Part shown: piece by piece, positions 9,495 through 24,230 of the stretch
How positions within the stretch are numbered: the stretch's first letter is position 1
How the letters are laid out: every line of letters starts with the position of its first letter
Source of the DNA: Alphaproteobacteria bacterium
Lineage (GTDB): Bacteria; Pseudomonadota; Alphaproteobacteria; UBA828
Direction: 5' to 3'
Assembly (NCBI GenBank): GCA_965220745.1
Contig: CBDCQT010000012.1
Span: 832,001 to 896,000, forward strand
DNA: 64,000 bases
Translations under genes and position numbers: made by a program
The notes under the pieces: generated by a model
What the model saw: only the letters and a program-made list of their open reading frames with translations
What the model was told of the DNA's origin: nothing
Databases searched by the model: none

Positions 9495-10931
9495 TCACTC
9501 GGCGGCTTCTTCCGTCCGGGATTCGACCAGCTCCTCGGCCTGAGCCTCGCGGGGGTCAAGCTCGACCGGCTCCAACGTCGGGATCGAGGACGAAGCTGGC
9601 GCGACGCCCAGCTCCTCGAACTTGCGCGCCGCCGGCAGAACCCGGCTTTCGAGCGAGCCCACGCCCCTGTTGTAGCGATCCACCGTCTGCCGCAGCGACC
9701 GCCCGAGGTCGCCCATGTGCCCGCCAAAAACCTTGATCCGCTCGTAAAGGTCGCGGCCCTGCGCCGCCACGACTTGCGCATTCTCCGCGAGCTTCTCCTG
9801 CTGCCAGCCGTAGGCGATGGTCTTCACCAGCGCGATCAGGGTGGTCGGCGTGCTGATGAGGACCCGTTGGCGCGCGGCGCTCTCGAACAATGCGGGGTCG
9901 CTCTCGATGGCCGCCGCGAAGAAGGATTCGCCGGGGACGAACATCACGACGAACTCGGGCGTCTCGGGCAGGGCCTTCCAGTAGTCCCGCGATGACAGCA
10001 TGCGCACGTGGTCCCGGACCTGGCGGGCGTGGTCGGCCATGAGCCGCTCGCGGGCCTCCTCGTCGGCGGCCTCCACGGCGCTGAGGTAGGCGTCGAGCGG
10101 GGTCTTGGCGTCGACGATGATCGACTTGCCGCCGGGAACGCGGATGATCACGTCGGGCCGCAACCGGCCCTCTTCGCCCTCGATGGTCGACTGCTCGACG
10201 AAGTCCACGTGCTCGGTCATGCCGGCCATGTCGAGCACGTTGCGCAGCTGGTACTCGCCCCAGCGCCCGCGGGTCTGGGGCCGCCGGAGCGCCTGCACGA
10301 GGCGGCTGGTTTCCGTGCGCAGGCCCGTCTGCCCTTCCGCCAGGCTCTTCACCTGCTCTTTGATTGCCTCGTAGGCGCTCGTGCGCGCCTTCTCGATCGC
10401 GTCCACCTTGTGCTCGAACCTGGTGAGGCTTTCGCCGAGCGGCTTGACCAGGGTTTCGATCGCCACGCGGCGCTTCTCCAGGTCGTCCTTGGCGCTCGCG
10501 CTGTGCTTCTCGAAGCGTTCGCTCACGAGCTTCAAGAATCCCTCGCTGTTCTTGCCGAGAGCCTCGGCTGCGAGCCCCGCAAATTTCTTCTCGAGCTCGG
10601 CACCCATGCGTGTGAGCTCCTGGACGCGCGCTTCGTGGCTCTTGCGCTCGGCCTCCAGCGCTGCTTCAAGCGCAGCTTTTTTTCTGTCGATGTCCTGAAG
10701 CCGATCCCGGAGCGCGACGGTCTCCTCTTCGAGCCCAGCCACGCGCTCTGCGGCAGCGGTGAGGCGGGCGGTCTCGGTCGCGCGTGCCTCCCGCTCCCGC
10801 GCCGCTCTCCGTGTCGAAGGCAGCACGACGGCGAAATAGCAGACCACCCCGCCTGCGAGCGCCGCCAGCACGATGACGATGATGGTCAGCTCAAGGCCCA
10901 TGTCGTCGATCCGCCGTTCCCTTGGCGCCAA
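9495..10931 (-). CDS. rmuC: DNA recombination protein RmuC
   Basis: N-terminal TM segment and coiled coil, RGRWGE, LRPDVII, IVDAKTPL, FVVMFVPGE. True start may be 10901. Confidence 0.92.
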   Translation of the reverse strand: MAPRERRIDDMGLELTIIVIVLAALAGGVVCYFAVVLPSTRRAAREREARATETARLTAAAERVAGLEEETVALRDRLQDIDRKKAALEAALEAERKSHEARVQELTRMGAELEKKFAGLAAEALGKNSEGFLKLVSERFEKHSASAKDDLEKRRVAIETLVKPLGESLTRFEHKVDAIEKARTSAYEAIKEQVKSLAEGQTGLRTETSRLVQALRRPQTRGRWGEYQLRNVLDMAGMTEHVDFVEQSTIEGEEGRLRPDVIIRVPGGKSIIVDAKTPLDAYLSAVEAADEEARERLMADHARQVRDHVRMLSSRDYWKALPETPEFVVMFVPGESFFAAAIESDPALFESAARQRVLISTPTTLIALVKTIAYGWQQEKLAENAQVVAAQGRDLYERIKVFGGHMGDLGRSLRQTVDRYNRGVGSLESRVLPAARKFEELGVAPASSSIPTLEPVELDPREAQAEELVESRTEEAAE

Positions 10932-10963
10932 TCAGGATGCGTCAATGAACAGGCGCGCCTTCG

Positions 10964-12541
10964 TCAGAAACTCAGGCGCTTCAGGTCTATGACCGCGGCG
11001 CGTGACCGGAGCTTCGCCTCCACCTCGTCCGGCACCACGGAATCGACGCCGATGAGGCCGATGGCCGCGCCGCCCGGTTCCCTGCGCCCGAGATTGAAGG
11101 TCGCTATGTTGATGCCGGCCTCGCCCAGGATCGTCGCCACCGCGCCGATCAGCCCCGGTTTGTCCTCGTTGGTGAAGTAGAGCATGTGCGGGCCGAGTTC
11201 CGCCTCGATCTCGATGCCCTCGATTTCCACGATTCGCTGCCCGCCCCTGCCGATGAGCGTGCCTGCTACCGTCTGCGCGTGCTCTTGCGACAGCACTTCG
11301 ACCCGCATGAGGGTCCGATAGTCCGCCGTCATCTCGCTCCTGACTTCGCGTACCGTGATGCCGCGCTCGCGAGCGATGAAGGGGGCGTTGACGATGTTGA
11401 TATCGTCGAGGCGCGGGGCGAGCAGACCCTGCAGGGCGGCGGCGGTGAGCAGCCGCGAATCGAGCGCGCTGGCCTGGCCCTCGTAGGCGATCGTGACGCC
11501 GCGGATTCGGCCGTCCGCAATCTGACCGGCGAAGCTCCCGATCTGCTCGGCAAGGGTGAGATAGGGGCCGAGCTTCGCCATTTCCTCAGGCGACACCGAA
11601 GGGGCGTTGACCGCGTTGACGACGGTGTCGGTCAGCAGATATTCGGCCATCTGCTGCGCGATCTGGAGCGCCACGTTCTCCTGCGCCTCGACCGTAGAGG
11701 CGCCGAGGTGGGGGGTCGCGATCACCTCGTCGAGCGCAAAGAGGGCGTTTTCCCGCGCCGGCTCCTCTTCGAACACGTCGAGCGCGGCACCCGCCACGTG
11801 GCCGCTTTCGATGGCGCTCTTCAGGTCGGACTCCACCACGAGCCCGCCGCGGGCACAGTTCACGATCCGCACGCCGGGCCTAGTCTTGGTGAGAGCATCA
11901 GCGTCGATGATCCCCCGCGTCTCGTCGGTCAGCGGCACGTGCAGCGTGATGACGTCGGCTTCGTTGAGCAGTTCGTCCATCGTCGCCAGCGTCACACCGA
12001 GGGCGGCGGCGCGGTCCGGTGCGAGGTAGGGGTCGAAGGCGACGACCCGCATCCTGAGCCCCTGGGCGAGGGTCGCGACGATGGCGCCGATGGTGCCGCA
12101 ACCCACGACACCGAGCGTCTTGTCGCGCAATTCGACGCCCATGAAGCGGCCGCGCTCCCAGCCGCCCTTGCGGGTGGAGCGGTCGGCCTGCGGGATTCGA
12201 CGCGCCAGCGCGCACATCATGGCGATGGTGTGCTCGGCCGCAGTCACAGAATTGCCGTGGGGCGTGTTCATGACCACGATGCCGCGCTTGGTGGCCGCAT
12301 TCATGTCAACATTGTCGACCCCGGTGCCGGCGCGGCCCACGACCTTGAGCCGGGCGGCCCGGTCCACCAGTTCCGCGGTCACTCTGGTCGCGGAGCGGAC
12401 GACAAGACCCTCGAAGTCTCCGATGATCTCGGCCAGCGCCTCGGGCGCGAGCCCCGGCTGCACGCTGACCTCGATGCCGCGCTCGGCGAACGCCTGCACG
12501 GCGACCTCGCTCACCTCATCTGCAATCAGGACTCGCGGCAT
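10964..12541 (-). CDS. serA: D-3-phosphoglycerate dehydrogenase
   Basis: GRAGTGVDNVD, GCGTIG, NCARGG, TPHLGAST, C-terminal ACT domain (NEDKPGLIG); follows serC. Confidence 0.95.
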   Translation of the reverse strand: MPRVLIADEVSEVAVQAFAERGIEVSVQPGLAPEALAEIIGDFEGLVVRSATRVTAELVDRAARLKVVGRAGTGVDNVDMNAATKRGIVVMNTPHGNSVTAAEHTIAMMCALARRIPQADRSTRKGGWERGRFMGVELRDKTLGVVGCGTIGAIVATLAQGLRMRVVAFDPYLAPDRAAALGVTLATMDELLNEADVITLHVPLTDETRGIIDADALTKTRPGVRIVNCARGGLVVESDLKSAIESGHVAGAALDVFEEEPARENALFALDEVIATPHLGASTVEAQENVALQIAQQMAEYLLTDTVVNAVNAPSVSPEEMAKLGPYLTLAEQIGSFAGQIADGRIRGVTIAYEGQASALDSRLLTAAALQGLLAPRLDDINIVNAPFIARERGITVREVRSEMTADYRTLMRVEVLSQEHAQTVAGTLIGRGGQRIVEIEGIEIEAELGPHMLYFTNEDKPGLIGAVATILGEAGINIATFNLGRREPGGAAIGLIGVDSVVPDEVEAKLRSRAAVIDLKRLSF

Positions 12542-12568
12542 TGCCCCCGGCCTCCGCGGCTGGGCAGA

Positions 12569-13747
12569 TCAGCCGGCCCCATGCCGGCGCACCTCGTCCC
12601 AGGCCCAATCGAGCCACGGAGTCAGCGCTTCGAGATCGTCGCGCTGCACCGTGCCGCCGCACCAGATGCGCAGCCCCGGCGGGGCGGCCCTATGGGTCTT
12701 GATATCATATGCGGCGCCCTCCGCCTCCAGCAGCGCGCACATCTGCTTGATCGCAGTCCACTGCTCGTCGGTGTCGAGCGCGCTGAACCAGGGATCGACG
12801 ATGCTGAGGCACACCGAGGTGCGGGAGCGTGTCTCGGGCGACTCCGCGAGGAAGTCGATCCATTCGCGTGCCGCGACCCAAGCGTCGATGACGTCGAAAT
12901 TGGCCTGCGTCCGCGCGATCATTCCGCGCTGGCCGCCGATCGACTCGATCCAGCGCATCGCATCGAGCGCGTCTTCGATCGCCATCATCGAGACCGTGTT
13001 GATGGTCTCGCCCCGGAAAATGCCTTCATTGAGCCGGCCGTCGCCGGTGGTGAGGCGGAAGACCCTGGGCACCGGCCAGGGCGGCGACTCGCTCTCCAGT
13101 CGCTCCACCGCGCGCGGGCCCAGGATCAGCATGCCAAACCCGGCCTCGCCACCCAGCACCTTCTGCCAGGAGTAGGTGGTCGCATCGAGCCTGGTCCAGT
13201 CCATCGGGTAGGCGAGAACGGCCGAGGTGGCGTCGCAGAGCGTGAGCCCCGCGCGGTCGGCGGCGATCCATTCCGCGTCAGGCACCCGCACGCCGGACGT
13301 GGTGCCGTTCCAGACGAAGACCGTGTCGCGGTTGGGGTCGACCTGTGCGAGGTCGGGCAGGCGGCCGTATGGCGCGTCGATCACGCGCGCATCCAGAGGG
13401 CGCAGCTCGCGCTCTCCGTCGATGGCCCAGAGCGCGCCGAAATTGTCCCAGCTCAGAAAGTCGACGCCGCGCGGGCCGAGCAGCGACCACATAGCCATCT
13501 CGATGGCGCCGGTGTCGGAGCCTGGCACGATCCCGATGCGCCATTCGTCGGGAAGCCCCAGTAGCGCGCGCGAGCGCTCCAGCACCTCCTGGATTCGCGC
13601 CAGCGGCTCTCTTGCTCGATGGGACCTGCCGAGCAGCGCGCCCGACAGGACATCGACTGACCAGCCGGGGCGCTTGGGACACGGCCCGGAGGAGAAGAGC
13701 GGATATTGGGGACGGGCGGTGGGCTTCATGGGCGGCACGGCCGGCAC
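12569..13747 (-). CDS. serC: Phosphoserine aminotransferase (alphaproteobacterial type)
   Basis: FSSGPCPKRPGW, GRSHR, SDTGAIEMAMWSLLG, WNGTTSGVRVP, SWQKVLGGE (PLP lysine), GLRIWCG. Confidence 0.95.
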   Translation of the reverse strand: MPAVPPMKPTARPQYPLFSSGPCPKRPGWSVDVLSGALLGRSHRAREPLARIQEVLERSRALLGLPDEWRIGIVPGSDTGAIEMAMWSLLGPRGVDFLSWDNFGALWAIDGERELRPLDARVIDAPYGRLPDLAQVDPNRDTVFVWNGTTSGVRVPDAEWIAADRAGLTLCDATSAVLAYPMDWTRLDATTYSWQKVLGGEAGFGMLILGPRAVERLESESPPWPVPRVFRLTTGDGRLNEGIFRGETINTVSMMAIEDALDAMRWIESIGGQRGMIARTQANFDVIDAWVAAREWIDFLAESPETRSRTSVCLSIVDPWFSALDTDEQWTAIKQMCALLEAEGAAYDIKTHRAAPPGLRIWCGGTVQRDDLEALTPWLDWAWDEVRRHGAG

Positions 13748-13760
13748 AGGCCTCTCAGGC

Positions 13761-14543
13761 TCAGACCGCGATCGTCCCTTCGAGATACTGCACGGCCCGG
13801 CCGGCGAGCCGGACCCGGTTGCCTGCGACCGTACAATGGACCGCCCCGCCGCGTGCCGAGACCTGATGGGCGTGGAGCTCCGCCTTGCCCAGGCGTTCGG
13901 CCCAGAAGGGCGCCAGCATGCAGTGGGCGGACCCGGTGACCGGGTCTTCGGGGACCCCGAGTCGGGGGCTGAAGAATCGCGAGACGAAGTCCGCGCTCTC
14001 GCCGGGCGCGGTCACAATGACCCCGCGTCGCTCGTCAAGGCGGGCCAACGCCGTCAAGTTGGGCTCGATTGCCCTGACTTCGGCCTCGGTCTTGAAGAGC
14101 GCGAGATAGTCCATGTCGGCGAACACCGCCTCGGGCTCGGCCCCGAGACCCTCGGCGAGGTCCACCGGCGACTCGACGGGGTGCGCGGCCAGCGCCGGGA
14201 AATCCATGGTGAGGCCGTCGTCGTCGCGGGTGACGTACAGGCGCCCGCTTCGGGTCTCAAAGGCGACCGATTCCGCATCCGGCTGCACGTGGCGAAACAC
14301 GACGTAGGCGCTGGCGAGGGTCGCGTGGCCGCACAGATCGACCTCGGCCAACGGCGTGAACCAGCGCAACGCATAAGCGCCGTTGGCCGGCACGAAAAAC
14401 GCGGTCTCCGACAGGTTGTTCTCGTTCGCGATCGCCTGCAGCGTGGCGTCGTCGAGCCAGGACTCTAGAGGACACACCGCAGCCGGATTGCCGCCGAACA
14501 CGGCGTCGGTGAACGCATCGATCTGGAATATCTTCAGGCGCAT
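13761..14543 (-). CDS. PhzF-family epimerase/isomerase
   Basis: QIDAF...GGNPAAV, NNLSETAF, EVDLCGHATLA, EDPVTGSAH. Start set at the ATG at 14543. Confidence 0.92.
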   Translation of the reverse strand: MRLKIFQIDAFTDAVFGGNPAAVCPLESWLDDATLQAIANENNLSETAFFVPANGAYALRWFTPLAEVDLCGHATLASAYVVFRHVQPDAESVAFETRSGRLYVTRDDDGLTMDFPALAAHPVESPVDLAEGLGAEPEAVFADMDYLALFKTEAEVRAIEPNLTALARLDERRGVIVTAPGESADFVSRFFSPRLGVPEDPVTGSAHCMLAPFWAERLGKAELHAHQVSARGGAVHCTVAGNRVRLAGRAVQYLEGTIAV

Positions 14544-14639
14544 GCAACAGTTTATTGACGATCGCGGGCAGGCGTGCAAGGTGAGGCAGGGACCGCGGCG
14601 CTGTGCGCCGCGCTGCAACGATCGGGTTCCGCCGACGGC

Positions 14640-16055
14640 ATGAACCGCGACTCCTTGCGAGATTTCCGGGCATTCATATCGGCCGCCTCAATGGGCGCGG
14701 CAGCACTTTGCTTGGCAGCGCTGACTGCACCAAACGCAGCGGCGAGCGATTTTTTTGACGGTTACGAGGCGTTTCAACGGGGCGACTACGACGAGGCGCG
14801 CGCCATCTGGTCCGAGCTCGCCTATGACGGCGACGTGGATGCGCAGTTCAACCTTGGCACACTCTACGAGAACGGCTTTGGCGTTGAGGAGGACGCCGAG
14901 CAGGCAGCGCGCTGGTACCGGGCCGCGGCAGCGCGCCGCGTCGACCTCGCCAGACTCGCGCTGGCGCGCCTGCAGCGCACGGGCGCGCTTGAGCCAGAAC
15001 CGGATGAGGACCAAATAAAGCTGCTCGAGACCGCTGCCCGGCGCGGCCTGGCCGAGGCGCAGTACGAGCTGGGCGTGGCCTACGATCGCGGGCTCGGCGT
15101 CACACAGAATCATGCAACGGCGGCAGGTTGGTATCAGCGCGCGGCCGAGCAGGGTCTGACCGATGCACAGTATAACCTGGCGACACTCTTTGACGAAGGG
15201 CTGGGGACCCCGCGTGATTTCGAGCAGGCGCGGGACTGGTACATGCGCGCTGCTGACGCCGGCGAGGCCAGGGCCATGAACAATCTCGGATATATCTATG
15301 AGAAGGGCCTGACCGGTCGACGGGACTATGGCAAGGCCGTCGTGTGGTATCGACATGCGGCCCAAACGGGTCTCGCCATCGCGCAGAGCAATCTCGCGGC
15401 GCTTCACTATCTGGGCCGCGGCGTGCCCCGTGACTTCGAACAGGCTTACCGCTGGTACAAGGCCGCCGCGGAGCAGGGCGACGCCGCAGGACAGAACGGA
15501 CTCGGCCTGCTCTACGCCAACGGCCTTGGTGTCGGGCGCGACCTCGTCCAGGCGATGGCTTGGTTCAGCCTCGCTGCCCATGCAGAAGGCCCGGCCGGCG
15601 CAGACGCCATGACCTATCGCGACCGTCTCGCGCGCCTGCTATCGGTGGAAGAGCGCGCCGAGGCGGACGCGCTTAGCCAGGAGATTCTTACCCGAACGGT
15701 CGCCGAAGAGGCGTCGGAGGAGCCCGTCTTCGGCGTGTCAATGCCGAGATCTGCGAACGGCTTCCGCGATTCCGCCATTTACGCACAAAGGCTTCTCAAA
15801 TCGTTGGGCTACTATGACGCGGCGGTGGACGGAGTCGCCGGTGAGTTCACCATCGAGGCGACGCGGCAATTTCTGAGAGAGAACGGGCTGAGAATGGAAC
15901 CGCGGATCACCCGCGAGCTGGTGGAGGCGCTGGAGGCAGTGCGAGCGGCGCGCATCGCCGAGGCTGCCGCCGCTGCCGAAGAAGCCGCAAGGCAAGAGAG
16001 CATCGAAGAGCCGGCCGACGAGATGGTCGAGCATAACGGGCAGGGCCAATCATGA
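14640..16055 (+). CDS. Exported Sel1-repeat protein with C-terminal peptidoglycan-binding domain
   Basis: Signal-like N-terminus, about 7 Sel1 repeats (e.g. DAQFNLGTLYENGFGV, AQYELGVAYDRGLGV), then QRLLKSLGYYDAAVDGVAGEFTIEATRQF (PG_binding_1-like). Start uncertain (14640 or 14690). Confidence 0.85.
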   Translation: MNRDSLRDFRAFISAASMGAAALCLAALTAPNAAASDFFDGYEAFQRGDYDEARAIWSELAYDGDVDAQFNLGTLYENGFGVEEDAEQAARWYRAAAARRVDLARLALARLQRTGALEPEPDEDQIKLLETAARRGLAEAQYELGVAYDRGLGVTQNHATAAGWYQRAAEQGLTDAQYNLATLFDEGLGTPRDFEQARDWYMRAADAGEARAMNNLGYIYEKGLTGRRDYGKAVVWYRHAAQTGLAIAQSNLAALHYLGRGVPRDFEQAYRWYKAAAEQGDAAGQNGLGLLYANGLGVGRDLVQAMAWFSLAAHAEGPAGADAMTYRDRLARLLSVEERAEADALSQEILTRTVAEEASEEPVFGVSMPRSANGFRDSAIYAQRLLKSLGYYDAAVDGVAGEFTIEATRQFLRENGLRMEPRITRELVEALEAVRAARIAEAAAAAEEAARQESIEEPADEMVEHNGQGQS

Positions 16056-16885
16056 GGCTTACGCGCGCGAAGAGTTCGACGTCCCTTGCGGCACTGGCTG
16101 CGTCGGCCGTGCTGGCATTGGCACTGCTTGCGGGCTGCGCGACAGAAGAAGAGGTCTACGTCGAACGCTCGGTCGAGGAGCTTTACAACGAGGCGATGGA
16201 CAGCCTGCTGGACGACGACTTCGAGGCCGCTGCGACAGGTTTCGCCGAGGTCGAGCGCCAGCATCCTTATTCCGTGTGGGCGACGCGGGCACAGATCATG
16301 TCGGCGTTCGTCTACTACCAGGGCAACCTTTACGACGAGGCCATCGCCGCAGCCAAGCGGTTCGTCGAGCTGCACCCGGGTCATCGCGATGCCGCCTACG
16401 GCTACTACCTGATCGCCATGTCCCACTACGAGCAGATCTCGGACGTTGGCCGCGATCAGAGCACCACGGCGCGCGCGCTGCGGGCTCTTGAGGAGGTCAC
16501 GCGCCGATTCCCCGGCAGCGTCTACGCGCGCGACGCACGCCTCAAGATCGACTTGGCGCGCGATCATCTCGCGGGTAAGGAGATGACCGTCGGCCGCTAC
16601 TACCAGCGGCGCGGGAATCACGTTGCGGCGATCGGGCGCTTTCGCAAGGTCGTCGAGCGATACCAGACCACGAGCCACACGCCGGAGGCGCTGCACCGCC
16701 TGACCGAAGCCTATCTGGCGCTGGGTCTGCCCAATGAAGCACAGACCTCGGCGGCGGTCCTCGGTCACAATTACCCCGGCAGCCGGTGGTACCAGCACAG
16801 CTATGCCCTGCTCCTCGACTCCGACCTCGAACCCGAGGCGGATGAGGGTTCATGGATCAGCCGGGTCTTCGGCGACGTGTTCTGA
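16052..16885 (+). CDS. bamD: Outer membrane protein assembly factor BamD
   Basis: Lipobox LLAGC; EVERQHPYS, RDHLAGKEMTVGRYY, EALHRLTEAY; directly upstream of recN. Confidence 0.95.
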   Translation: MRLTRAKSSTSLAALAASAVLALALLAGCATEEEVYVERSVEELYNEAMDSLLDDDFEAAATGFAEVERQHPYSVWATRAQIMSAFVYYQGNLYDEAIAAAKRFVELHPGHRDAAYGYYLIAMSHYEQISDVGRDQSTTARALRALEEVTRRFPGSVYARDARLKIDLARDHLAGKEMTVGRYYQRRGNHVAAIGRFRKVVERYQTTSHTPEALHRLTEAYLALGLPNEAQTSAAVLGHNYPGSRWYQHSYALLLDSDLEPEADEGSWISRVFGDVF

Positions 16886-16894
16886 CGCCGCCAG

Positions 16895-21369
<4,475 letters not shown>

Positions 21370-21373
<4 letters not shown>

Positions 21374-21693
21374 TGGGCGCCGCGGGAGAGATTGAGCCCG
21401 ACCACGCCGATGATGATGAGGACGATGGAGCCGATCCTGAGCGGCCCCATCGGCTCCTTGAACCAGATGTAGCCGATCATGGCGATCGCCGCCGTGCCGA
21501 TGCCGGCCCAGATCGCGTATGACAGGCCGAGATCGAGCTTTTTCAGCGCCAGCGCGAACAACACGAAGCTGACCCCGTAGAGGACGAAGATCAGCACCGT
21601 GAAGACGGGCTTCGTCAGCCCCTCGCTGAGCTTCATGGAGGTCGTGCCGCCCACCTCGAATACGATGGCGAGGGCGAGGTAGAGCCAGTGCAT
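21370..21693 (-). CDS. Small multidrug resistance (SMR/DMT) transporter
   Basis: About 107 aa with 4 TM segments; [12 protein letters not shown] (conserved TM1 Glu), YAIWAGIG. Confidence 0.9.
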
Positions 21694-21888
21694 GGTGCGA
21701 CTCCGCAAGTACCGACCGGGGCTCGTCATTCTTTGATGCGCGCCGCGGAGTCAAGGAATACGGGGCGTGTCATATTCCCGCCGGATAAGGCGACGGGCTA
21801 CCTTGCGTGCGCCGGGGTGGACGGGGACAATCGCGTCGCCAGCGCGCCTCGGCGCGACGCGTGCCTGTAAGGCGACGGTGATCATCCC

Positions 21889-22881
21889 ATGAGCGACCAG
21901 TCCGACCTCTCGAAGCCGTTGAAGACCTGGAGCCATCTCGCCGGCAAGCGGAGACGGCCGAGCGAGTACGAGATCGTCTCGACCAACCTGCTCTGGAGCA
22001 CCGACGACGAGATGCCGTGGGCGCTCTCGCCCGATATCGACATGAACAAGTGGTATCTCCGGTACCGCAACAACTCGCCGCTCAAGCACGACGACTGGGA
22101 CGCGTTTCGTGACCCCGATGAGCTGGTCTACCGCTCCTACAACGTCATGCAGGACGGGCACGAGACCTATGTCGACGGCCTGCTCCGCGACCATGCGAAG
22201 AACGATCACGACAAGGGCTTGAGCGCGGACTGGGTGGCGGCGCTGGCCAGGCTCTACACGCCCTCGCGCTATCCGCTGCACTGCCTGCAGATGGGCTCTG
22301 CCTATCTGGTGCAGATGGTGCCGGCGAGCACGATCGAGAATTGCGCGATGTTCCAGGCGGCCGACCAGCTCCGCTGGGTCTCGCGCGTGGCCTATCGCAC
22401 GAAGGAGCTCGGCAACACACACGCCGATGCGGGCTTTGTCAGTGGCGAGCGCAAGGCGTGGGAGGAGGATCCCTGCTGGCAGGGTTTCCGTGAGCTGCTG
22501 GAGCGGGTTCTCGTGGCCTACGACTGGGCCGAGCATTTCGTCGCGCTCAACGTCGTCACCAAGCCGGCGTTCGACGAGGCCTGCATCCGCCAGCTCGGCG
22601 GCCCGGCCCGGCAAAGCGGCGACACGCTGCTGGCCCAGATGCTCGACGCGCAGTGGGAGGACAGCGAGCGCGCTAAGCGCTGGACCGGCGCGCTTGTCGC
22701 GTTCGCACGCGAGACCGAGGGCAACGCGGAAGTCATGACGGACTGGGTCGCGAAGTGGGTGCCCTTGGGCGATGCCGCCATCGATGCCTATTGCGCCGTG
22801 CTGCCGACGGGCGAGGACGCTGCGGCTGAGGCGAAGGGCGCGGCCCGCGCCTTCCGCGATTCGCTTGGATTCGCGGCTTAA
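21889..22881 (+). CDS. Soluble diiron monooxygenase hydroxylase beta subunit (TmoE/TouE-like)
   Basis: KPLKTWSHLA..RRPSEYEIVS, PWALSPD..MNKWY..YRNNSPLKHDDWDAFRDPDELVYR.YN.MQDG.ETYV, RYPLH, WQGFRELLE, DWAE.FVALN; matches recalled toluene 4-monooxygenase beta subunit motifs. Confidence 0.88.
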   Translation: MSDQSDLSKPLKTWSHLAGKRRRPSEYEIVSTNLLWSTDDEMPWALSPDIDMNKWYLRYRNNSPLKHDDWDAFRDPDELVYRSYNVMQDGHETYVDGLLRDHAKNDHDKGLSADWVAALARLYTPSRYPLHCLQMGSAYLVQMVPASTIENCAMFQAADQLRWVSRVAYRTKELGNTHADAGFVSGERKAWEEDPCWQGFRELLERVLVAYDWAEHFVALNVVTKPAFDEACIRQLGGPARQSGDTLLAQMLDAQWEDSERAKRWTGALVAFARETEGNAEVMTDWVAKWVPLGDAAIDAYCAVLPTGEDAAAEAKGAARAFRDSLGFAA

Positions 22882-22918
22882 GGCGCACGGACGCGACCAG
22901 CATTTTCGGAGGAATGAC

Positions 22919-24118
22919 ATGCGCAAGGTAATGATCGGCGGGACCGGGATGACCCGGTTCGGCAAATTCCTGGACACGAATCTGCGCGCGCTCGCCGCCG
23001 AGGCTGCGACGGCAGCGCTCGCCGACGCCGATACCACGGCCGACGAGGTCGGCATGGTTTTCTTCGGCAACGCGGCGGGCGGGCTGCTCGGCGCGCAGGA
23101 ATGCGTGCGCGGGCAGGTGGCGCTGCGGCACTCCGGCTTGCTGGGCAAGCCGATCGTCAATGTGGAGAACGCCTGCGCCTCGTCCTCCACCGCGTTTCAT
23201 CTGGCGGTGCTGGCCGTGGGCTCCGGCCAGTGCGACGTGGCGCTTGCGGTCGGCGCCGAGAAGATGAGCAACGAGGACAGGTCCGTGCCGATCAAGGCGC
23301 TGGAAGCGGCGGCGGACCGCGACGAGTTCGAGGCGCTGAAGAAGCGGATCGCCCCCGGCGGCGCCGGCACGGGCTCGGTCTTCATGGACCTCTATTCGAG
23401 CCTCGCGCGGGACTATGCGGAGCAGACCGGCGCGACCGCTGCCGACTACGCCCGCGTCTCCGTCAAGCAGCGGCGGGCCGGAGCGCTCAACGAGAAGGCG
23501 CAGTTCCAGGAGGAGGTCACGCTGGAGGACGTGCTGGAGAGCCGCATGATCGCGGAGCCGCTCACGCTGATGATGTGCTCGTCGATCGGCGACGGCGCCG
23601 CCGCGCTGGTGCTGATGAGCGAGAACTACGCGCAGCGCAAGGCGGCCCACCCGGTGGCGGTGCTGGCGAGCGAGTTGCGCTCCGGCCAGGGCGACGACCC
23701 CGAGGCGCCGCCTGTGGCCGAGGCTGCAGCGAAGGCGGCCTACGAGACCGCGGGGCTCGGGCCGGACGACATCAGCGTCGCCGAGATTCACGATGCCGCG
23801 GCGCCGGCGGAGCTGATGCTCTCGGAGCAGCTTGGCTTCTGCCGGCCGGGCGATGCCGTGGGCCTGTTGCGCGACGGCATCACCGCGCTCGACGGGCGGA
23901 TGCCGATCAACCCGAGCGGCGGGCTGCTCAGCAAGGGGCACCCCATCGGTGCGACCGGCGCGGCGCAGCTCGTCGAGCTGGCCGACCAGATGCGCGGCCG
24001 ATCGGGCAAGCGCCAGCGGGAGGGCGCGCGCTTCGGCCTCGCGGAGAACGCCGGCGGCTGGATCGGCGCGGACGCCGCTGCCGCCTGCGTCACCATCTTG
24101 GGCTCGACTAGGCACTAG
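22919..24118 (+). CDS. SCP2-type (non-canonical) thiolase-family protein
   Basis: VENACASSSTA, EIHDAA, NPSGGLLSKGHPIGATG; GGAGG SD before the ATG at 22919. Confidence 0.9.
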   Translation: MRKVMIGGTGMTRFGKFLDTNLRALAAEAATAALADADTTADEVGMVFFGNAAGGLLGAQECVRGQVALRHSGLLGKPIVNVENACASSSTAFHLAVLAVGSGQCDVALAVGAEKMSNEDRSVPIKALEAAADRDEFEALKKRIAPGGAGTGSVFMDLYSSLARDYAEQTGATAADYARVSVKQRRAGALNEKAQFQEEVTLEDVLESRMIAEPLTLMMCSSIGDGAAALVLMSENYAQRKAAHPVAVLASELRSGQGDDPEAPPVAEAAAKAAYETAGLGPDDISVAEIHDAAAPAELMLSEQLGFCRPGDAVGLLRDGITALDGRMPINPSGGLLSKGHPIGATGAAQLVELADQMRGRSGKRQREGARFGLAENAGGWIGADAAAACVTILGSTRH

Positions 24119-24230
24119 CGCGGCGGCCACGAGAGGGCAGAACCAGAAGGGACCGGGCCGTCAGGCCCGGAGCGCGCGACCGCACGCCGCGCGCCCGGCG
24201 ATTGAGGGAAATGAAGAGGGGGAGAGGGGC

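Noticed and set aside
14820-15600. Repetitive region as a CRISPR array or DNA tandem repeat
   Set aside because: The periodicity is at protein level (about 36-aa Sel1 repeats), with no identical nucleotide repeats or cas genes.
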